Assembly (NCBI GenBank): GCA_963743985.1
Contig: CAVUSD010000031.1
Coordinates: 28,136-92,135 of the forward strand
Reading direction: 5' to 3'
Origin: an uncultured Solirubrobacteraceae bacterium
Lineage (GTDB): Bacteria; Actinomycetota; Thermoleophilia; Solirubrobacterales; Solirubrobacteraceae
DNA: 64,000 bases
The notes beneath the pieces were generated by a model. It saw only the letters and a list, made by a program, of their open reading frames with translations, made no database searches and was not told the DNA's origin. Both the position numbers and the translations under genes were made by a program. Shown piece after piece: positions 55,127 through 64,000 of this stretch (positions within the stretch are counted from its first letter, which is position 1; each line of letters opens with the position of its first letter).

Positions 55127-57724
55127 TCAGCGCCCGCCCAGCGCGCCGCCGACCGCGCCGGTGATGGCGCCGACCGTCTTGCCGACGGTGCCGCCGGTCT
55201 GCGCGACTGTGCTCCCCGCGGCGTTCCCGGTCTGTGCAACCGTGTTCCCGACTGCGTCGCTGGTCTGCGCGACCGTCGCGCCCGCCGCGTCACTGGTCTG
55301 TCCAACCGTGTTTCCGACCGCGTCGCTGGTCTGCGCGACGGTCGCGCCCGCCGCGTCACTGGTCTGTCCAACCGTGTTTCCGACCGCGTCGCTGGTCTGC
55401 GCGACCGTCGCGCCCGCCGCGTTGGTCGTCTGCGTCACCGTGGCGCCAGCCGCGTCACTGGTCTGCCCGACCGTGCTACCGGCGGTGGTCCCGGTCTGCC
55501 CGACCGTGTCGCCAACGCCGTCGGTCACCCCGCTGACGGTCTTGCCGATCGTGCCGCTGGTCCCGGTGACGACTCCGGCGACGCCGTCCGTGAGGCCGCT
55601 GACGGCGCTGCCGACGCCAGGCGCGACCGCATTGACGGTGCTCCCGAGCGCGTCCCCCGTCGTGCCGACGGTGTCCCCCACGGCGTTCCCGGTCTGACCG
55701 ACCGTGCTCCCCACAACGTTCCCCGTCTGGCTGACGGTCTTCCCCGCCGCATTCGCGGTCTGACTCACGGTGTTGCCGACCGCGTTGCCGGTCTGGCTGA
55801 CCGTGCTCCCGACCGCGTCGCCTGTCTTGCTGACCGTGTTCCCGACGGCGTTGCCGGTCTGACTGACGGTGCTCCCGACGGCGTCGCCCGTCTTGCTGAC
55901 CGTGTTGCCCACGGCGTTGCCGGTCTGACTGACGGTGTTCCCGACGGCGTCGCCCGTCTTGCTGACCGTGTTGCCCACGGCGTTGCCGGTCTGCCTGACG
56001 GTGTTCCCGACCGCGTTGCCGGTCTGACTGACCGTGTTGCCCACGGCGTTGCCGGTCTGACTGACGGTGTTGCCCACGGCGTTGCCGGTCTGGCTGACCG
56101 TGTTCCCCACGGCGTTGCCGGTCTGACTGACGGTGTTCCCCACGGCGTTGCCGGTCTGGCTGACCGTGTTCCCCACGGCGTTGCCGGTCTGGCTGACCGT
56201 GTTCCCCACGGCGCTGCCGGTCTTGCCGACCGTGTTGCCCACGGCAGTCCCGGTTTTGCCGACGGTGTCGCCAGTTTGGCTGAGCGTCTTGCCGACGGGC
56301 CCGTTGCCGGCGCTGCCGCCGTTGTCGCCGCCAGGCGCGCCGGCACCGGCCGCGCCGCCGCCACCGCCGCCGGAGCCGCGACCGCCGCCACTTGAGCCGC
56401 TGCCGCCGGAGGTGCCACCCCCGCCACCAGTCGTCGTGCCGCCGTGGCTGTCACCGGCTGAACCGCCGCCGCGCTGGCCGGCCGCACCCGCACCATCGGT
56501 GGTCTTTGGCCCGAGCAGCTTCGCCGCGTGCAGCTTCGAAGCCTTTCGCCCGGCAGAGCCCGCCGACGTCTCGCCGACCGATACCGACGGGTGCGAACCG
56601 TGGCCGGCCGCCGACGTCGTCCGGTGCGACTGGTCGGCGGTCCCGCTGGCCCCGTGCCCGACGATGCCCGCCGGCGGGTGCGAGACACGCGCGGGTGGAG
56701 CGGCGTGCGAGGAGTGACCCTCGGTCAGCGCCACCCCACCGCCGGCGCCGGCGATCGCGACCACGGCCGCCGCCACGGCCGCGCCGCCCATGCTGATCGA
56801 CGAGCCCGCCACCGGAGCGGCGGCCTGCGCCGCCCCGCCGAGCGCGCCCGCGGTGTTCGCGCCGCTCCCGGCCGAACCGCCGCCGCCGTGAGCGAACGGC
56901 CAGAACTTGCGCCAGAACCCGAATGGCAGCAGCGCGGCCAGCTTGTCGGCGATGCTGCGCGGCTTCAGCAGCGCGGCGTCGACGTTGGCCATCATCGCGT
57001 GGTGGCGACAGCTCTGGCAGTGCGAGAGGTGACGGATCGCCCGTCGACGCTCTTTGACGCCGAGACCCTTGACCGTCGCGAACATGCCGGTTGCGATTGC
57101 GTCGACGATCTGCTCGCAGCGCCGACCGGTCGCCAACTCGTCGTACTCGGTACCGAGCTTGCGACGGGCACGGAACAGGCTGCTCTCGACCATCTGACGG
57201 CTCATGCCCAGCTCGTCGGCGATCTCGTCGTAGGAGCGACCCTCGAACTCCCGCATGACCAGCAGCTGGCGGTGGGTGGCCGACAGCCCACCGAAGGCGC
57301 CGCGCAGGTCGGTGAGGCGCTGCTTTGACTCGACGGCGTCGGCGGGCGTCGGCACCAGCGAGAGCGTCGAGCCTCGGCCCACGTCGAGATCGTCGTCGGA
57401 GCCGACCGGAACGGCCGCGACCCGCTCGCCACGACGAAACTCGTCGATGCAGGCGTTCTTGGCGATCGTGTACAGCCACGGCTGCAGGACGATCTCCTGG
57501 TCGCTTGCCCGCAGCTGGCGCAGCGCCGACATGAACACTTCTTGAGCGATGTCCTCGGCCCGACCGTGGTCGTGCACTCGGCCCAGAACGAACGAGAGAA
57601 TGCGCGGGCGATAACGCGAGTACAGCTCCTCGAACGCCCGATCGTCACCCCGCCGGGCATCCACAACCAGCCTCGACTCGGTACGAAGGGCGGCTGCGGG
57701 GCGAAGCTCGAGGGTCTCCAACAT
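55127..57724 (-). CDS. ECF sigma factor with fused ZAS-like motif, TM anchor and an 11-mer repeat tail
   Basis: Sigma2 AFEELYSRY..PWLYTIAKNACIDEFRR; sigma4 REFEGRSYDEIADELGMS..VESSLFRARRKL; HLSHCQSC; GGAAVAAAVVAIAGAGGGVAL. Confidence 0.88.
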   Translation of the reverse strand: MLETLELRPAAALRTESRLVVDARRGDDRAFEELYSRYRPRILSFVLGRVHDHGRAEDIAQEVFMSALRQLRASDQEIVLQPWLYTIAKNACIDEFRRGERVAAVPVGSDDDLDVGRGSTLSLVPTPADAVESKQRLTDLRGAFGGLSATHRQLLVMREFEGRSYDEIADELGMSRQMVESSLFRARRKLGTEYDELATGRRCEQIVDAIATGMFATVKGLGVKERRRAIRHLSHCQSCRHHAMMANVDAALLKPRSIADKLAALLPFGFWRKFWPFAHGGGGSAGSGANTAGALGGAAQAAAPVAGSSISMGGAAVAAAVVAIAGAGGGVALTEGHSSHAAPPARVSHPPAGIVGHGASGTADQSHRTTSAAGHGSHPSVSVGETSAGSAGRKASKLHAAKLLGPKTTDGAGAAGQRGGGSAGDSHGGTTTGGGGGTSGGSGSSGGGRGSGGGGGGAAGAGAPGGDNGGSAGNGPVGKTLSQTGDTVGKTGTAVGNTVGKTGSAVGNTVSQTGNAVGNTVSQTGNAVGNTVSQTGNAVGNTVSQTGNAVGNTVSQTGNAVGNTVSQTGNAVGNTVRQTGNAVGNTVSKTGDAVGNTVSQTGNAVGNTVSKTGDAVGSTVSQTGNAVGNTVSKTGDAVGSTVSQTGNAVGNTVSQTANAAGKTVSQTGNVVGSTVGQTGNAVGDTVGTTGDALGSTVNAVAPGVGSAVSGLTDGVAGVVTGTSGTIGKTVSGVTDGVGDTVGQTGTTAGSTVGQTSDAAGATVTQTTNAAGATVAQTSDAVGNTVGQTSDAAGATVAQTSDAVGNTVGQTSDAAGATVAQTSDAVGNTVAQTGNAAGSTVAQTGGTVGKTVGAITGAVGGALGGR
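55154..56242 (-). repeat. 33-nt tandem repeat, 33 in-register units of VGNTVSQTGNA-like 11-mers
   Basis: 1089 nt = 33 x 33 with no register break; synonymous codon variation between units. Confidence 0.93.
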
Positions 57725-57784
57725 ACCTGTCCTCAAAGGGTGGAACGGTCGCGTACCGGCGGTTCGTCTGAACCGTAGCGTTGC

Positions 57785-57810
57785 TTACCCCAACCTCCGC
57801 GACGTGAAAC
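57785..57810 (-). promoter_or_regulatory. SigB/SigF-like promoter GTTT-N16-GGGTAA upstream of ECF sigma 2
   Basis: Minus strand GTTTcacgtcgcggaggttgGGGTAA. Confidence 0.55.
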
Positions 57811-57931
57811 GCGCCTCAGGCGAAAGCTGACCTGGATCTTATGCACAGCATCCGATTAACCGTTGTCAGCGTCCGCCAGAAGCGGCATACTTGTGGCCAT
57901 GTAGTGAACACCACAAAGGAGAGCGAAACGT

Positions 57932-58120
57932 ATGGCGAATCACCTGACGCCCACCGAGCTTGCACGTGAAGCCGGTCTCGAAAGGCGCGACGTCATCACA
58001 AAATGCGTCGAGTTGGGTGTGCCCATTTTCAACGGTCGAATCGACAAGACCCTCTTCCTCTCGAGCATGCGCGAACCGGCCGTCGCGCAGCAGCTGCAGA
58101 GCCAGGTGGCGAGCGCCTGA
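57932..58120 (+). CDS. 62-aa small protein, possible helix-turn-helix DNA binder
   Basis: Strong RBS AAGGAG; HLTPTELAREAGLERRDVITKC. Confidence 0.75.
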   Translation: MANHLTPTELAREAGLERRDVITKCVELGVPIFNGRIDKTLFLSSMREPAVAQQLQSQVASA

Positions 58121-58218
58121 GAGCGTCTTCTCGCGGCGGCGCCTGATCCGGCGCCGCCACCGTGGCGGAACCCCCGCCACGGACTCGGAGCGGACATATG
58201 GCCCGCGCCGACGTTTCG

Positions 58219-59508
58219 CTACTGAGCCGCCGACTGGCGCAGCAGGGTCGCCGTCGTCTGCTCGAGGATCTTCCGCCATGCCCGCGTCGACTCACGCTCG
58301 GCCTCGAAGTGACGGACGATGTTGCGCACCCGCGCCGCCGAGATCTCGATCCCGTGCTTCGCGCAGATCTGCTTGAAGCGCGGATAGTCCTCAGCCAGGT
58401 ACAGCGTCACCGACTCGAATCCATGGCGGGCGATCTCGACCCGTGAGGTGAAGTTCATCACCCCGGTCTGGAACATCAGCTCGTCGTTGGGGTCGGGCTC
58501 GATCAAGATGATGTCGACCCCCGGGTAGCGGTCCTCCCAGCTGCGGGCGAGCTCGTGCAGGCGCTGGTGGGCCAGCAGCTTGAACGCCTGGTAGCCGACC
58601 TGGGGGAACCCCATCTTCGATACCCGCCGGCTCGGGGCGCCCGACTCCTCGGTATCCCCGACGTACGGAACCAGCGGGTTGACGACGACCACGAACTTCG
58701 CGCCCGCGTCGACCGCGATGTCGACGTTGGTGGTCGAGACCAGCCCGCCGTCGACGTAGACGCGGTCTTTGATCTCGACTGGCTTGTAGACCATCGGCAC
58801 CGCGCACGACGCCGCGACGGCGCGTGAGATCGGGACGTCGTCCAGACCGTCGGCCCCGAACACCGCCCGCTCGCATGAGTCCAGATCGGTGCCGGTCAGG
58901 TACAGCTCGACGTCGAGGTCTCGGAAGTCGTCGCTGCGCCCGGCCTCCGACAGGACGTCGAGGACATAGCGCTCGAGCCCGCCACTGGTATAGAGCCCGG
59001 TCGGCAGCGCTTCGGCGAGGGCCAGCACGATGTCCATCCCCGACACCTGGCCGAGATCTCGAGAGAGCATCCCGAGCAGACTGAGCAGCTTGAGCGGCAG
59101 CCGCACCCCGCGGGTGACGAACTCCCGGTAGTTCGGGCGCAGCAGCGCGCTGGCGCGGGCGTCGGGCAGCTGCTCCGGACCCTCGCGGACGATCGACTGC
59201 ATCATCTGCTCCGGGGTGATCCCGTTCGCGACCGCCGACGCGACGACCGATCCGGCGCTCGTTCCCACGTACACGTCGAACTGGTTGACCGTGTGGCTGA
59301 CCGACAGCAGATCGAGCGCCCGCAGCGCGCCGATCTCGTACACGCCCCCGGTGAAGCCGCCGCCTCCCAGGACCAGCGCGGTCTTCGAAGGCCGACGGCG
59401 ACGCGCGGCACGTGTCGCGGCCGTCGATCGCTTGGCCACCGACCGTTCGCGCTTGCCGGCACCCGTCGATCCAGACGGCTGGTCTTGAAGATTGACCACT
59501 TTTCCCAT
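58219..59508 (-). CDS. Patatin-like phospholipase
   Basis: LVLGGGGFTG, GTSAG, DGG motifs. Confidence 0.92.
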   Translation of the reverse strand: MGKVVNLQDQPSGSTGAGKRERSVAKRSTAATRAARRRRPSKTALVLGGGGFTGGVYEIGALRALDLLSVSHTVNQFDVYVGTSAGSVVASAVANGITPEQMMQSIVREGPEQLPDARASALLRPNYREFVTRGVRLPLKLLSLLGMLSRDLGQVSGMDIVLALAEALPTGLYTSGGLERYVLDVLSEAGRSDDFRDLDVELYLTGTDLDSCERAVFGADGLDDVPISRAVAASCAVPMVYKPVEIKDRVYVDGGLVSTTNVDIAVDAGAKFVVVVNPLVPYVGDTEESGAPSRRVSKMGFPQVGYQAFKLLAHQRLHELARSWEDRYPGVDIILIEPDPNDELMFQTGVMNFTSRVEIARHGFESVTLYLAEDYPRFKQICAKHGIEISAARVRNIVRHFEAERESTRAWRKILEQTTATLLRQSAAQ

Positions 59509-59643
59509 CTTTAGGTCATCTTATTGGTAAGACGGCTCGGGCCTCTCCATCGGGAGCGCCGCACCGCCGCCGCTGCGGCCGTCAGACTCCGCTGGGATCC
59601 CGTTGAGCGCAGCTTTTGACGCGCGCGCGGGTTCCAACCCGCA

Positions 59644-63819
<4,176 letters not shown>

Positions 63820-63866
63820 GCTATGTCGCGGTCAGGCGGCCACCGACTCGCCCTAAATGACGACGG

Positions 63867-64000
63867 TCAGCTGCCCGCGAGCACGCGCCGGCCGTCGTAG
63901 CCGATCCCGACCAGCTCGAGCCCGTGAGGCGGCGCGGTGACACCGGCATCCTCCCGCGGCCTCCCCTCCAGCAACTCCGTGAACTGCGCCGCCGGACGGC
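63867..64000 (-). CDS. truA: tRNA pseudouridine synthase TruA, C-terminal fragment
   Basis: Manual translation ...FTELLEGRPREDAGVTAPPHGLELVGIGY...*. Confidence 0.75.
   Translation of the reverse strand, partial: RPAAQFTELLEGRPREDAGVTAPPHGLELVGIGYDGRRVLAGS

Noticed and set aside
55154-56242. 33-nt repeat array as a CRISPR array
   Set aside because: Units are contiguous with no unique spacers, vary mainly at synonymous positions, lie in frame within a CDS, and no cas genes are present.
54968-56395. 475-aa plus-strand repeat ORF (GVAGLADRV...)
   Set aside because: Antisense shadow of the sigma factor repeat; it also runs across the tRNA.
57742-57770. Plus-strand GGAAC...CGTC ECF-like promoter for the small HTH gene
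   Set aside because: Spacer of 18 nt is long and the site is about 160 nt from the gene; too weak to call.

Overview
A high-GC (roughly 70%) bacterial chromosomal segment. Gene content and protein style suggest Actinomycetota, most likely Thermoleophilia/Solirubrobacterales (inference). It is mainly core metabolism: metH, iscA/bolA/grxD/mtnA, an acyl-CoA catabolic cluster, bioB-bioF-bioD-bioA, tRNA-Pro(CGG), dacB, ligA, surE and the truA 3' end. I found no integrase, transposase, prophage or CRISPR array. Two unusual signalling architectures stand out. (1) A soluble histidine kinase whose N-terminus is a sugar-type ABC ATPase domain with degenerate signature and H-loop motifs, followed by GAF-like domains, HisKA and HATPase, and coupled to a KdpE/OmpR-like response regulator (1-3225). 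(2) Two ECF sigma factors, each fused to a Zn-binding anti-sigma motif, a predicted membrane anchor and a long tandem-repeat tail. One tail has 33 uninterrupted 11-residue repeats (55127-57724); the other has Thr/Gly hexapeptide repeats (47285-49474). Also present: a GT4 glycosyltransferase-flippase fusion, several operator-like palindromes read directly from the DNA, SigB/SigF-like promoters, two genes each broken by a single extra base, a probable CTG-initiated gene, and two small genes missing from the ORF track.
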